A program made the position numbers and the translations under genes. The notes under the pieces were generated by a model. The model worked only from the letters and a program-made list of their open reading frames with translations. It had not been told where the DNA came from and searched no databases. Positions 1 to 15,588 of a stretch of 64,000 nucleotides of DNA are shown in pieces. The stretch is from Eledone cirrhosa (lineage: Eukaryota), in assembly GCA_964016885.1 (NCBI GenBank), contig OZ024759.1:15190001-15254000 (forward strand). The letters run 5' to 3'. Every line of letters begins with the position of its first letter. Position 1 is the stretch's first letter.

Positions 1-1185
<1,185 letters not shown>

Positions 1186-1514
1186 TACATATATCCCGCC
1201 GTTTCTATTAAAATAAATGTTCTCTTTAATTTCCTCTCAGTAAATTGATATGATAAATAATGGCTGAATCATATCGTCTGTTTAGTTTATTAGATATTTT
1301 TTGTTCTTTAATTATCTTTTCTTTATTATAATTTCAGTTTTATTATTTCTTTGTAAGATTTTTTTTTACGTATTTATTTAAATATTTTCTCATTTACTCG
1401 AACTATTTACTTAGCAAACATTGCATCTAAATTCAATATTCGAAGTTCGAATTCCACTGGGGTTTTGACAGTGTTATCAATAATAATAATAATTATTATT
1501 ATTATTATAATTAT

Positions 1515-1652
1515 TTCTTGCATAGGCACAAGGCCAGCTATTTTGGGAAGGGGAAAGGCCATTAAAACGATCCCAGTGCGTTACTGGTACTTTATATTAT
1601 CGACCCCGTAAGGATGAAAAGCAAAATTAACCTCGGCGGGATTCGAACTCAA
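1515..1652 (-). mobile_element. tRNA-derived SINE, 5'-truncated
   Basis: Matches the body of the full copy at 24081 (ggcacaaggccagc...ttactggtacttt...cgaccccgtaaggatgaaa...cctcggcgggattcgaactc). Confidence 0.85.
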
Positions 1653-2635
1653 TATAATAATAATAATAATATTAATACTGGTAATAATAACATTAGTGTA
1701 GATGATTCAAATTGGTGACACTACACCACGGCTACTACTAATACTTCTATGCAAACAATTGTCTTGCGTCTCCAGATCAAAAATCGATATTTAAAATTGA
1801 AAACGTACTAAAATATTATATTCGCATTTGATTATTATTTTCTCACTCAGCAGAAATGAGATATTTTTCACTTCGTGGAAGAAAAGTTAATATTAAAATA
1901 ATTACGCCTTCTCCTTGGGAGTAGGGAAACAAAATGGTATGAATATAATTACGTGCTTCCATGTAATAAATGCAAGGAACATAAATCCTTAATTTTACAT
2001 CTTGAAAGGTTTAGGCTTCGTAATTTTGCAATGACTTTCTGAAATATATAACCCCTATTATGGAGACAGGTGATGCTTATCTGAATACAGAACTCACAAG
2101 GCTGGAGCAGGTGTGACAATATATCTCGGTCTATGCTCTCGCATAGTTTCACAAGTTACACCTTTGGTCGGGTAATGTATTTATTGAGCATTAATAGTTG
2201 AAAGGTAATTTCGATTTCGACTAGATTTGAATAATAGAATCTGTTGTATTACTTTCAAATTAATATTAATCTCATCAAGCTGTGCGTAACATAGGATTAA
2301 ACATATGATGGTATTTAGATAAATATATAATCATATATCAGAGAACCATAGATGGTTTCATGTAATTTGGTTTCAAAACCTCCTCGCAACACCACCACCA
2401 TTATAATAATAAAAATAACCGCCACAAAACATATACTTATATATATGAATATATAATATAGAAATGGTTTCTACAGGACTAGAACTGTTTCATGTATTAA
2501 GTACCTTACTTACTGTGGTTACCCCCAATTGAAGCCAGGATACATACACACACACGGATCTAGCTATCGAAAAGGACGTGTCCCAGCCGTCGGGATCCTG
2601 ACTATTTTCCTATGTATATAAATACTAACTGAATT

Positions 2636-3534
2636 ACCCAGCATTTCCCGGGTTAATGCTGTTCTTATTCAGATAAGTAAACAATAAATATGAAGTCATG
2701 TTGTTTTTTTTTCTCTCCTAATTATTTCAAAATATCTATATTTTATTTTTTTAATTAACAAAATTGTAAATTTAATAGAATTTAGAAATGAAAATCTGAC
2801 AATCTTGAATCACCTTAGGGGGAACACTGTTCATTGTATTATCTTTTGTAGGTGTCCAAATGAATAAATTGTTGCCACACACTTAGACACATACACTCTC
2901 AGATACACTCACATATATATACCAAGGCAGACATACATTCACGCATATCTTTTCTATTCATTTTTTTTTGTCAGGTGCAACATATGTATCTATATGTGTA
3001 GATGAGTGGGTATTTAATAAGGTGCCTAATGAACGCGCACACACACTCACAGACATACATATTCATATACAAAATGTTACGTCGTTGTGTTGTTTCCTAT
3101 TATTTTAATCCAAACGAAAATAAAAAATGATCACACATACATACACATACACACACACTCACACACACTCACACACACATACACTCACATACACATACAC
3201 TCACACACACATACACTCTCACATACACTCACATACATAGACTAAGACAGACACACGCAGGTATACCTTCACGCACACCTATTACTTGTATGTGAACACA
3301 TGTATGTGTATATATAAATATATATATATAGGAACTTGTTCAGGACACAGACGGCAGCGCTCAATCCATTTCGACGGCTATTTCTGGATGCAATTAGATT
3401 TTTAGCGTGGTAATAATTAGCTGAACTTTTCAAGGGGTAATTCCATATATGGGCGTGCGATAATCATGCATTTCTGAAGATAGTAGTTGTCAAAAGGATT
3501 CGTCAAAGTTAAATCTTTCACAATTAAATCTTTC

Positions 3535-3540
<6 letters not shown>
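2636..3540. repeat. left arm of ~0.9-kb inverted duplication (partner 6947-7825)
   Basis: gcatttcccgggttaatgctgttcttattcag...caaagttaaatctttcacaattaaatctttc is the reverse complement of 6947-7825. Confidence 0.9.
3345..3438 (-). ncRNA. degenerate hammerhead ribozyme, family E
   Basis: Reverse-complement copy of 7046-7139, within the inverted duplication. Confidence 0.5.
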
Positions 3541-3599
<59 letters not shown>

Positions 3600-3673
3600 T
3601 GTGTGTGTCTGTATATTTATATATATATGTATATATATGCATATGTATATATATGTATATGTATATATATGTG

Positions 3674-3704
<31 letters not shown>

Positions 3705-3855
3705 GTTTATATATGAATGTATTTATATATATATATATATCCAAAATTAAGATAAATTAAATGAATCTAATCCAAATCGAAATTGTGGGTGTCATGTCAC
3801 AACGGCATGCGCCATATCGACTGGAAAACAAGCTCAAAGATAGATCCGAGCATTT

Positions 3856-3892
<37 letters not shown>

Positions 3893-3969
3893 GTATATAT
3901 GTATATATATATGTATATATATATGTATGTATATATATATGTATATATATATGTATGTATATATATATG

Positions 3970-4003
<34 letters not shown>

Positions 4004-4051
4004 CGTATATATATATGTATGTATATATATATATATATGTATATATATATG

Positions 4052-4084
<33 letters not shown>

Positions 4085-4123
4085 GTATATATGTATATAT
4101 ATATATGTATATATATATATGTA

Positions 4124-4172
<49 letters not shown>

Positions 4173-4273
4173 GTATATATATATGTATATATATATGTAT
4201 ATATGTATATATATATGTATATATATATGTATATATATATGTATATATATATGTATATATATATGTATATATG

Positions 4274-4308
<35 letters not shown>

Positions 4309-4321
4309 GTATATATATATG

Positions 4322-4352
<31 letters not shown>

Positions 4353-4355
4353 GTG

Positions 4356-4440
<85 letters not shown>

Positions 4441-4649
4441 GTATATATGTATATATATATGTATATATGTGTATATATATGTATATATGTGTATATATAT
4501 GTATATATATGTATATATGTGTATATGTATATATGTGTATATATATGTATATATGTATATATATATGTATATATGTATATATATATGTATATATATATGT
4601 ATATATATGTATATATGTGTATATATATGTATATATATGTATATATATG

Positions 4650-4684
<35 letters not shown>

Positions 4685-4873
4685 GTATATATATGTATAT
4701 ATGTGTATATATATGTATATATGTATATATATATGTATATATATATATATGTATATATATGTATATATGTATATATATATGTATATATATGTATATATAT
4801 GTATATATATATATGTATATATATGTATATATATGTGTATATATATGTATATATGTATATATATGTATATATG

Positions 4874-4905
<32 letters not shown>

Positions 4906-4927
4906 TATGTATATGTATATATATATG

Positions 4928-4958
<31 letters not shown>

Positions 4959-4959
4959 G

Positions 4960-4991
<32 letters not shown>

Positions 4992-4995
4992 TAAA
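3856..4995. repeat. (TA)n/(TATG)n microsatellite
   Basis: Simple repeat visible directly. Confidence 0.97.
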
Positions 4996-4999
4996 ATAT

Positions 5000-5461
5000 G
5001 AACACGTACATATATATATATATGTATACAGACGTACAGTCGTATTTATATATATATACATACACGCACACATATATATATGTACGTATGGATTCACCAA
5101 CATTTATTATAATGCTCGGTGTGTTTGTAAACAAACATCCCCTATTAAGCCGTAGTGTCCAGCAACCATCGTTGCTCGTTTGTTCAACACTGACAAAGGA
5201 ACGCTGTACTAGATTCAAGCTTATTAGCTATTGTCAGCAACGTATACCTTCCTGCCAGATTGTTGAACGTATATACTTACCTTATGCATATCAACGGCTG
5301 AGTAGCCCAATTTGCATATCGAGTGGGTTAATCGGCCGGGTGCAGCGAAAACGATACACGGAAAAAATGAAACGAAATTTCATTTCCCACTTTTAGTACG
5401 GCTGTTACTTAAATATAAGTATATACACGTACATACATATATGTATACAGACGTACAGTAG

Positions 5462-5506
<45 letters not shown>

Positions 5507-6050
5507 GCACACATATATATATATGTACGTATGGATTCACCGAACATTTATTATAATGCTCGGTGTGTTTGTAAACAGACATCCCGTATTAAGCCGTAGT
5601 GTCCAGCAACCATCGTTGCTCGTTTGTTCAACACTGACAAAGGTACGCTGTACTAGTGTAAAGCTTATTATCTATCGTCAGCAACGTATACCTTCCTGTC
5701 AGATTGTTGAACGTATATACTTACCTTATGCATATTAATGGCTGAGTATCCCAATTTGCATATCGAGTGGGTTAATCGGCCGGGTGCACCGAAAACGATA
5801 AACGGAAAAAATGAAACGAAATTTAATTTCCCACACTTAGTATGGCTGTTACTTAAATATAAGTAGTTACACGTACATACATATATGTATACAGACGTAC
5901 AGTAGTATGTATATATATATATATACATACACGCATGTATATATATATACATACACACCGAGCATTATGATAAATGTTCGGTGAATCCATACGTACATAT
6001 ATATATATGTGTGCGTGGAAGTATATATATATATACATACTACTGAATAT
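5000..6050 (+). repeat. ~430-bp unit in tandem (2 copies) plus short inverted tail; further copy on - strand at 7826-8200
   Basis: gtatacagacgtacagt...ggattcaccgaacatttattataatgctcgg...gctgttacttaaatataag is repeated; inverted piece at ~5953-6050. Confidence 0.85.
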
Positions 6051-6096
6051 GTATATATACATATACATATATATATATATATATACATATATATAC

Positions 6097-6254
<158 letters not shown>

Positions 6255-6864
6255 GGTGGCTGCCAACTCGTTTTCGAGTACGGCCACTACTTTATATCCA
6301 TGTAGGAGAACCCCTACCAATGCGCTGAACGAGTGTGACTTTTTAGTCCAGCCAGCGACTTGAAAACTCTGGTACAAAACTACACTTGTGACAATTATTG
6401 ACACATAGTGCTAAGCCCATGGTACCATGTGACGACAAGTGCAGAGAGATCTCCAGATACAAAGCAATGCCTGTGCCGTCAAGCTTTTATAGTGAGCAAA
6501 GGCACTGCACAAAGCCAGTCCCACTCTCTTAACCAACATGATATTTACCAAAAAGAAGAACAAGTCAACATCATTGGATATCATCAGGGTTGCAGGTGTT
6601 ATATCAGAGTTTTCCTTCTCCTAGAATTCTGCCTTGACAAAGGCTAAGGGGTCATCTCTCCCGGTGATTTTGGATGGCCATTGACTCTTAAGAGCTCTTT
6701 TGCCCTTTGACAGGTTTTGTTTTTAGTCCTGCAGGATGTCCAAAGCCACCCTCCTCACCAAGAAACCTTGGTGGGGTTGCCAGTTTAGTCGCCAACGACC
6801 CGACCATGAGACAGGTTGTACTGGAATACATGTTACCAGTAGCACCAACTGGTGACCTGACATA
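6255..6864 (-). mobile_element. ~600-bp non-autonomous RTE-derived repeat
   Basis: Near-identical copies at 15589, 21329, 62191; on - strand contains ctaggagaagga(a)aactctg, resembling conserved RTE 5'-UTR sequence; flanked by TA repeats. Confidence 0.7.
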
Positions 6865-6886
6865 ATATATACATATATATATATAT

Positions 6887-6946
<60 letters not shown>

Positions 6947-6947
<1 letters not shown>

Positions 6948-7825
6948 GAGAAAGATTTAATTGTGAAAGATTTAATTTTGACGAATCCTTTTGACAACTA
7001 CTATCTTCAGAAATGCATGATTATCGCACGCCCATATATGGAATTACCCCTTGAAAAGTTCAGCTAATTATTACCACGCTAAAAATCTAATTCCATCAAT
7101 AAATAGCCGTCGAAATGGCTTGAGCTCTGCCGTCGGGGTCTTGAACAATTTCCTCTATATATATATATATATATTTATATTTACACATACATGTGTTCAC
7201 ATACAAGTAATAGGTGTGCCTGAAAGTATACCTGCGTGGGTCTAATTAGTGTATGTATGTGAGAGTGTGTGTATGAGTGTATGTCGGAGTGCATGTGTGT
7301 GTGAGTGTGTGTGTATGTGTATGTATGTGTGATCATTGTTATTTTCGGTTGGATTAATATAATAGAAAACAACACAACGACGTAACATTTTGTATATGAA
7401 TATGTATGTCTGTGAGTGTGTGTGCGCGTTCATTAGGAACCTTATTAAATACCCACTCATCTACACATATATATACATATGTTGCACCTGACAAAAAAAA
7501 AAGGAATAGAAAAGATATGCGTGAATGTATGTCTGCCTTGGTATATATATGTGAGTGTATCTGAGAGTGTATGTGTCTAAGTGTGTGGCAACAATTTATT
7601 CATTTGGACACCTACAAAAGATAATACAATGAACAGTGTTCCCCCTAAGGTGATTCAAGATTGACAGATTTTCATTTCTAAATTCTATTAAATTTAAAAT
7701 TTTGTTAATTAAAACAATAAAATATAGATATTTTGAAATAATTAGGAGATAAAAACAACAACATGACTTCATATTTATTGTTTACTTATCTGAATAAGAA
7801 CAGCATTAACCCGGGAAACGCTGAG
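6947..7825. repeat. right arm of inverted duplication (partner 2636-3540)
   Basis: Reverse-complement identity. Confidence 0.9.
7046..7139 (+). ncRNA. type I hammerhead ribozyme, family E (degenerate core)
   Basis: Stem I ACCCC/GGGGT; core TTGAAAA (cf. CUGAAGA); long stem II ending TAGCCGTC; GAAA-TGGC..GCCGT-C (GUC site). Confidence 0.6.
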
Positions 7826-8199
7826 TGAGTTAATCGACCGGGGTACCGACAACGTTATGCAAATTAGGCTGCTCAGCCGTTAATATGCATAAGGAAAGTA
7901 TATACTTTCAGACGTTCAACCATCTGGCAGGAAGGTATACGTTGCTGACGATAGCTAATAAGCTTGCAACTAGTACAGCGTTCCTTTGTCAGTGTTGAAC
8001 AAATGAGCAACGATGGTTGCTAGACACTGTACGGCTTAATTCGGGATGCTTGTTTACAAACACACCGAGCATTATAATAAATGTTCGGTGAATCCATACG
8101 TACATATATATATATATATATGTGCACGTATATATATATATATATATATATACATACTACTGTACGTCTGTATACATATATGTATGTACGTATACATAC

Positions 8200-8200
8200 T

Positions 8201-8237
<37 letters not shown>

Positions 8238-8272
8238 GTATATATATGTATATGTATATTTATATATATATT

Positions 8273-8306
<34 letters not shown>

Positions 8307-8492
8307 CATATATATATGTATATATTTATATATATATGTGTGTATATAAATTTACATATATGTATGTATATATGTATATATATGTATATATATGTATATA
8401 TATGTATATATATATATATGTATACGTATATATATATGTATACGTATATATATATGTATATGTATACGTATATATATATGTATATATATATG

Positions 8493-8534
<42 letters not shown>

Positions 8535-8570
8535 TATACGTATATATATATGTATATGTATATGTATACG

Positions 8571-8649
<79 letters not shown>

Positions 8650-8810
8650 GTATATATGTATATATGTGTGTATATATGTATATATGTGTGTATATATATA
8701 TATGTGTGTGTATATATGTATATATGTGTGTATATATATATATGTGTGTGTGTATATATATATATGTGTGTGTGTATATATATATATGTATATATATATA
8801 TGTGTATATG

Positions 8811-8858
<48 letters not shown>

Positions 8859-8900
8859 TGTGTTTGTGTACATGTATATATATATACATATATATATTAT
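8200..8900. repeat. TA/TG microsatellite
   Basis: Simple repeat. Confidence 0.95.
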
Positions 8901-9419
8901 GTCGGGTGAGGTTGGTAACATGTAACCTAGTAAAACCTGTCGCATGGTCGGGTCGTCGGCGACTAATCCGATGACCCCACCAAGTTGACTTGGTGAGGAG
9001 TGTGATTTTGGACAACCTGCTGGACAAAAAACAAAACCTCACAAAGGATGGAAGAACTCATAAGAGTCAACGGCAATCCAAAAGTGTGTAAATATGTATA
9101 TACACATGTACTGTGCGGTTAAACCACTGGGAGTGAAGGACCCCTAGCCTTTGTCAGGGCATTCTTCTAGGAGAAGGCAACTCAAGCAACTTGGACAACT
9201 CCGATATAAAACCTGCGGCTCAGTAGTTGCCGACGATGTTGATCTTTTCTTCTTTTCGGGTTAAAGCTAATGTCTCTCAGAGAGTGGGTTTGGCTCAGTG
9301 CACAGCCTTTCCTCACTTTAAAAACATATCTTTACGCACAGGCATTGCACGACGGAATTAATAAATAATTATTAATAATTGTATATCGTGCCATGGCCAT
9401 ACTCGATAATGAGGGGGCA

Positions 9420-9425
<6 letters not shown>
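8900..9425 (+). mobile_element. diverged copy of the RTE-derived ~600-bp family
   Basis: catggtcgggtcgtcggcgactaa...ctaggagaaggcaactc...caggcattgc is homologous to the reverse complement of 6255-6864. Confidence 0.65.
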
Positions 9426-9459
<34 letters not shown>

Positions 9460-9867
9460 CAAATATGGTTTACCTAATCTGGTGGGGGTTCCACATAATT
9501 TTAGGTGTACTCTTCGTACACAGATAATTAGTGTGTAGGAATACAAAGTTCTGTAGTCTTTGATTGAAGGCACATGTTTCTTTTTTTCAACTCGCTCCCA
9601 ACATGAGAAGATTAAAGACTGCGCTGCAGATCATTTGTTGCAGTTTTGCCAAATAGTATGCTGACGTCCTTTGAAGAACTACTTAATTTTTTATAATCTG
9701 AAAGAGAATGTTGAAATGAACGCTCGAGTACATGAAACTTAGTATTTCAAACTCGTATAAAAAGGAAACAAATAATAACAACAACAAAACCAAGAAGAAA
9801 TATTGTATATATACATACTGCTGCATTTGCCGACCTTAGCTATTTACATCTTAGAAAATAAACAACA

Positions 9868-10646
9868 ATTGTTTCTACTTTAGGCACAAGGCCAGCAATC
9901 ACCCAGTGCATTACTGGTACTTTATTTTATCGACCCCGTAAGGATGAAAGGCAAAGTCAACCTCGGTGGGATTTGAACTCAGATCGTAAAGGGACGTAAC
10001 TATGCTGGAAAGCATGTCGTCCGACCCTCCACGGATACTGCCAATCCACCGCCAATACACAGAAAATAAACAATAATGGTTGCTACTGTTGGCACAGGGC
10101 CACCAATTTTACCCCAGTGCATTACTGGTACTTTATTTTATTTACACTGTAAAGTCGAAAGGTGAAACTAACCTCCGCGAGATGTGAACTCATAGAGTAA
10201 AGGGCCGAAACACTATGCTGCAAAGCATAGCGTTCGACCCTCTAACGATACTGTCAATCCATTCTGATTCAGTTACAAGGTAAATAATTTTGAGAAAAGG
10301 GAAAGTTGAATAAATCTACCCCAGTCCATTCCTGGTACTTTATTTTATCGACCCCGTAAGAATGAAAGGCAAAGTTAACCTCGGCGGGGTTTGAACTCAG
10401 AACGCAAAGGGGTGTAACTCTATGCTGCAAAGCATGGCTTCGGACCCTCTACCGATAGGGTTTCTAATTTAGGCACAATGCCAACAATTTTGTGGAGGGG
10501 AATGTCGATTAAATCTACCCCAGTGAATTACTGGTACTTTATTTAATCGACCCCATAAGGACGTATAATCGGAGAGTAAAGGGCCGTAGCTCTGTGCTGC
10601 AAAGCATATTGTCTGACGTTCTGCTGATACTTCCAACCCACCGCCT
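9868..10646 (-). mobile_element. head-to-tail cluster of four tRNA-derived SINEs
   Basis: Repeated ggcacaaggcc...ctggtactttattttatcgacccc...gaactcag...gccaatccaccgcc units. Confidence 0.9.
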
Positions 10647-10749
10647 TTAGACTATAGACAATAAGAATAATTCCCCAAGACAAGAAAAAGCAAACAAGAA
10701 ACACTTGTAATGCTGGGTTATCTACGAGGTCAACTGAACTACTGAAAAG

Positions 10750-10930
10750 TTCATAGGCTAGCTATGAAGGAGTGATGCTAGAGCTGTGAAATATTGCATG
10801 CATTAATTTCAATTCCCCTTATTGCTGAAAATAAACAATATCTATGCTGTTCAGTATTTATTTTCAGCAAATATGTTGAAAAATAAACCTCATTGATCAT
10901 TCCATTAGAGTATCTTGGTCAGCCTATGAA
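10750..10930 (+). repeat. isolated unit of the 57590-58373 ~149-bp repeat
   Basis: tcataggctagctatgaaggagtgatgctagagctgtgaaat...aaaataaacctcatt. Confidence 0.75.
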
Positions 10931-12543
10931 GTTTTCAATTCGACCCTCTTAGAAATCACCCTCAGATTTACATCAACGGGTGGAGTCGGAAGTAAGTCAA
11001 TATCTACGTAGATAGAGGGGGAGGCGGCATAGGAGAGAGAATAAAAGAGGGAGAGATAGAGTCAGGGGTGGAGGAAAGAAACAGAGGATTTGGAGGTGGG
11101 AGAAAGTTTGAAATGTGGTTTTAAACAGATTTAATAAATTGTTTCTTAATATTAACAAAAATTAAATGCTAAAAAGCATATATTCTCGTGAGTAAAATAT
11201 ATTTCCTCGTCTTGAAATCAGCCAGTAACATGTTACCACTATCTTTCACTGTATCATTTTGAATTCAGGAAATTGTCAAGTAAATTAACATGTTTTGTGT
11301 CATGTGCTATGTGCTACCACAAATATGTCTATAAAATATGTTTTATTTGAAGACTAGCACAATGTGAATCGGTAAATATTAAAAACTAATACGATAACTG
11401 TGACGTTAGGATGCTAACTTGTATGACTTTAGAGGTCCTTATATTTCGGTATAAAATCTTTATATATTTTGTCGCGCTTAGCTACCATTTTTAAAAATGT
11501 GAAAGTGTTTTGTCTTCTTTAACGCTAGCTGGTATATTTGGGGATCAAGACCAACGGCGTGCAGATCTCTGGTGATGTCCGGATCAAATCTTGATTATAT
11601 GTCCCGAAGACTCAAGTATAAGGCCTAATATACTGACAAAACTTATAAGAAAGGAAAATATTTTGAATATATAAAACCAGATGAAACATAAAATAAACGG
11701 TTTATTCGATTTTAATATAAATCAATCAAATTTATTAAGTTCTTTTCCCCAAATGATTCCCCCATCCAAAGAATATCTGGTCTGTTATGCCTGCATTTTA
11801 TTGAGGTTTTTACTGGAACACACTGCACCTTCTGCGCGCTACTGATCCAGCCAGATCAGTTGGAGACGGTTTCGTCTGACAGAACCCACTAGAAGGAGTG
11901 TTTGATGCATCGCTCTTCCCCTACGACACTCAGGAATAAGTGGGCGAAGAAGCAGAAGGAGAATGCTGGAAGTGGTGAATATATCACGTGGTATGAAGCA
12001 AAATACAGTATCCATAAGTTTTTCTGAAGTAAAATCTCTCTTTCTCTCTCTCTCTCTCCAATCACCCCTCATTCGGTGTGTCATCTTGAAACTAATTACT
12101 GTTGATGAAGCTAACCGTATCTATAGGAAATTCTATATCCCGAGGAAATATTTTTGCTTTTTTTACAATATCCTATTTAGATCATGTTTCTAGCCAGTGA
12201 TTCAATATTTATTTTAACGAATTATCTGAGACGTCCATTACTTTACAGCAAAATGGAATACATTTTATTGGTGTTCTCTGTTTAAATATGTCACATTCTA
12301 AGAAAATGTTCATCCTTGTTAATTTATGTAGATTTCTTTGTCACTACGAAACTACATGTATATGTATCTTTTAGAAAATACAGTTACAATATGTTATTTT
12401 ATCTGATGGTTGTAATAAAAAGAATTACCAGATAAATATTCAATAGTTACGTTGTTGTAATCGCTGCTTTTTTTGTTGCCTGTTTAAAACAGTATAGGAG
12501 GGGAGAAGAGCGATAGAAAAACAAAGAATAATGAATGACAATA

Positions 12544-12682
12544 ATGGTTTCTACTAGAGGCACAAGGCCAGAAATTTGGGGGGAGGGGAAAGTTGATTAA
12601 ATCGACCCCAGTGCGTGACTGGTACTTTAGTTTATCGACCCCGTAAGGATGAAAGGTAAAGTTAACCTCGGTGGGATTTGAA
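12544..12682 (-). mobile_element. tRNA-derived SINE fragment
   Basis: Same SINE body as 24081. Confidence 0.85.
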
Positions 12683-12828
12683 TAATGAATGACAATAATG
12701 AAAGAGAATAGAGGTGGGGCTAAATATTCCTTCAAATTACCGGCCCTTGTTTAACCTCTCAAGTTATATTTCCGAAAGGAAACCAAATTCAACCCCTGGC
12801 GGTCATCTTTATTTTTATTTTTATTATG

Positions 12829-12898
12829 ATAGGTTGAATGAGTTGGAGGTCCAGAACCCAACGTAACTTAAATATCTGCTTATGCCACTGTTGCAAAT
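12829..12898 (+). ncRNA. degenerate copy of hammerhead family G (cf. 55119)
   Basis: ataggTTGAATGAgttggaggtccagaacccaacGTAACttaaatatctgc aligns to 55119-55185. Confidence 0.45.
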
Positions 12899-13746
12899 AT
12901 ATATATGTATATATATATGAAGTGAACAGGGTACAAGGAATAACTGTTCATTTTCTGATACTCCGAGGAATTTAAATTACTTTAAAATACCCCGTCAAAT
13001 GTTCCCTGGAACTTATGTACCAAACACGATGAGGATCTCGTGTCATCAAGTTAGTTATGTTACACAACTCCACCGACCAATTTCAGCGCGATTAACCGGT
13101 AAGCTGCCTCATCTCCCATTTGTTGTTTCGCATATTCATTTTACATCACAAACGTGGATTAGCCTACATAAAACCAATACTCTTCTTTCTTCTCATATAT
13201 ATAAGAAAAATAGGGAGAAACCAAACAATAAAAGACAGGATCGATTAACATAATGAACGGACTTTGTCATGCCACTAATATAGACATTTATTTTATATAT
13301 ATATATATATATAACTACTGGAATGACTGCTTTAAATAATTATTTATCAGGTTGATTTCTACGGACTAGGGAGGAAAGAATTGTATAAATTAAGGAAAAG
13401 GATAATGAAAAAGAAAAAATGTTTTAACGTATTGAACTTTAATCTTTTACCAGGAAAGCGTAACATTATTAAAACTTCTATGAAAACAATGATCTGAGGC
13501 GTACATAGCTTTCTCTACAGATATAATCGGCGTAGGTGAGATGAAATAGTGTCCATTGCGAATCGAAACATAGTCGCTGGGTTTACTCTTTTAATGTGTG
13601 AGCAAATTTTGAATGATCAACGTACTTAAGTAAAACTAACTCGGGCAATGATACACACGTGCATATACGCACAGATATATACACATATCTACCTCTATTT
13701 CAATCAGTGTACGTGTATGTCTGTATATGTATACACACATACACAG

Positions 13747-13786
<40 letters not shown>

Positions 13787-13964
13787 CAACTTGTTTATAG
13801 AATTCTTTCTGCCTTTGTTACTCTAAATATAAACTATAGCTTTGAAGAATTAGCTTTTAATGAATTCCCTTTTCTATCAACCAATGACCTACACCCATCC
13901 CACTCCCTACCCTCTCTTAACACCTGAAGAGACCTATAAATACCATATTTATTTTTTGATACCC

Positions 13965-14015
13965 AGATTCCTGATGATTTCTAAAGAATGAAACAGTTCT
14001 AGTCCTGTAGAATCT
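13965..14015 (+). ncRNA. type I hammerhead ribozyme, family B
   Basis: Stem I AGATTC/GAATCT; CTGATGA; stem II tTTC-TAAA-GAAt; GAA-ACAG-ttctagtc-CTGT-A (GUA site). Confidence 0.8.
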
Positions 14016-14027
14016 CATCTATATTAA

Positions 14028-14113
<86 letters not shown>

Positions 14114-14264
14114 TTTGATAGAGATATGTGGATATGTTTGTATCTATGTGTATATGTATATATATATATATATATACACACGCATTCATATATACATACA
14201 CATGCGCACACACCCACACACACCCACACAAACACACATCCACACACACACACATAAATATATG

Positions 14265-14790
14265 CATGATGGCTGCAAACTCGGCTAAGAGTATTGCAAT
14301 CACTTGTCAGATTAGATAATTGTGCACTGTTATGCTACAGCTAGTCACACGAACCTGTAACACATCCTGAATAAGCAATGCCTGTGCTTTGAAGGTTTTT
14401 TAAGAGGGGAAAGTCTTGCACTCGTCCAATCCACCTCTCTGAGCATCGAAAACACTACCCGAAAAGGGACTGGTCAACATCATCGAATGCTTCCGAAGTC
14501 GCAGGTTATTTATTTCATAGTTTCTCTCCCCTAGAAAGGTGTTGTGACAACAAATGGGGGGAGGGGAGCCTTTCACTGCCAGGTGAAAAAAAAAATACTA
14601 TTTGGATGGCCGTTGGCTGCTGAGTTCCTCTGCCTTTTGCCAGGTCTTGTATTTCATCCTGCAGGTTGTCCAAATATCACCCTCCTCGCCAATCAAGCTT
14701 GGTGGGGTTGCTGGTTTAGTCACCGAAGACCCGACCATGAAACAGGTTGTACTGGGTTACATGTCAACAGTAGAACTCGAGAGCGACCTA
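14265..14790 (-). mobile_element. old copy of the RTE-derived ~600-bp family
   Basis: tggctgcaaactcg...caatgcctgtgc...catcctgcagg...gacccgaccatgaaacaggttgtactgg. Confidence 0.6.
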
Positions 14791-14856
14791 CCATACATAT
14801 TCATATATATATATATATACATACACATACATATATATATATGTATATAGATACAT

Positions 14857-14888
<32 letters not shown>

Positions 14889-15108
14889 TTTTATATATAG
14901 ATATAGATACATACACATCAGAAATATATGTATATATATATATATATAAAGAAAATATATATATATATATACGCATCAGAAACATATATATATATATATA
15001 TATACACGCACTCATAAACATATATATATATATATATACACACGCAGTCAGAAATATATATATATATATACGCACTCAGAAACTTATATATATATATATA
15101 TATATGTA

Positions 15109-15144
<36 letters not shown>

Positions 15145-15148
<4 letters not shown>

Positions 15149-15501
15149 GGAGGTGAGTTTTATTGTAGCAACAAACATCGGATAAGTAGCACTCTACAGT
15201 TTGTAAGACCGGAGTATAAATAATATAAGATCAAAAGATTGTTAAAAGAGCTCCAAGTATTTTATTATGCGCATTTCAAAAACAAATATCATCATGGGAT
15301 GATATTTGCGTTCTCATATATGTTGCGTTCTGATGGTATGTTGATTCAAAACTTCACTGCTCTCAAGTGTGTTTTAAACTACATATCATGTTTCCCCATT
15401 TTATCTGATGAGAACGAAAATATCATCCCATGATGATATTTGTTTTTGAAATGCGCATAATAAAATGCTTGGAATTCTTTTACCCATCTTTTCATCTTAT
15501 A

Positions 15502-15508
<7 letters not shown>
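15145..15508. mobile_element. PLE pLTR-like insert with inverted repeat, hammerhead family C
   Basis: 15220-15325 is the reverse complement of 15408-15505; homologous to 55338-55665; lies inside (TA)n. Confidence 0.75.
15399..15465 (+). ncRNA. type I hammerhead ribozyme, family C
   Basis: Stem I TTTTAT/ATAAAA; CTGATGA; stem II including AAATATCATC-CCAT-GATGATATTT; GAA-ATGCGCAT-A (palindromic stem III, AUA site). Confidence 0.85.
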
Positions 15509-15551
<43 letters not shown>

Positions 15552-15588
15552 CTATACACGCACTCATAAACATATATATATATATATC

